Below, piece by piece: positions 63,759-64,000 of a stretch of DNA of 64,000 nucleotides; within the stretch, counting starts at the first letter, position 1, and the number at the start of each line of letters is the position of its first letter. Made by a program: the position numbers and the translations under genes. Below the pieces are notes generated by a model. It was not told the origin of the DNA, made no database searches, and saw only the letters and a program-made list of their open reading frames with translations. The stretch lies in the NCBI GenBank assembly GCA_030248215.1, contig JASANG010001204.1, positions 310,001 to 374,000 on the forward strand, in the 5' to 3' direction. Source of the DNA: Enoplolaimus lenunculus. Lineage: Eukaryota.

Positions 63759-64000
63759 CTGAAACAAAATAAGCATGTGTACATTAAATAATATTCCAAA
63801 ATTCTAAACAATGCTGTTTTCTTAAAAAATTTTACACATATGCTAAAATACAAGTATTGCGTAATCCTTTTAAGTGGTATACATAAAAATAGTTAAACTT
63901 GCTTGGTGATGCTACTTACAATATACGTTAAGAATAATACATGCAGATATAGCATGAGAATCAGAAGCAAAATAATAAAGGGCGCAATATCGGTCAATTG

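Overview
AT-rich animal (eukaryotic) genomic DNA, probably from a fast-evolving invertebrate (a tunicate is my guess, not shown by the sequence). Two spliced genes can be reconstructed. (1) A complete class IV POU gene (POU4/Brn3/acj6/unc-86 family) on + strand, 43256-56694. It has four shared exons followed by TWO alternative, phase-compatible terminal exons (55631-55926 and 56321-56694). Each encodes its own POU-specific-domain tail, linker, complete homeodomain and stop. A decayed third copy lies just downstream. This swappable-homeodomain arrangement is the most interesting feature. (2) The last four coding exons of NXF1/TAP (mRNA export factor) on - strand, convergent with POU4. The remaining ~43 kb has no recognisable genes and is dense with short non-autonomous DNA transposons: a very abundant unclassified YGGCC-ended family with 6-bp TSDs carrying (TTAGGC)n (one relative carries a 1.9-kb 8-mer satellite), TTAA/piggyBac-like elements with an internal tRNA-like Pol III A/B-box, TA-flanked MITEs, and CACT-, hAT- and PIF-like MITEs. 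A ~12-kb palindrome (2417-14581) with garbled sequence at its centre and outer right end is most likely a long-read fold-back assembly artefact. No transposase, CRISPR, rRNA or bona fide tRNA was found.
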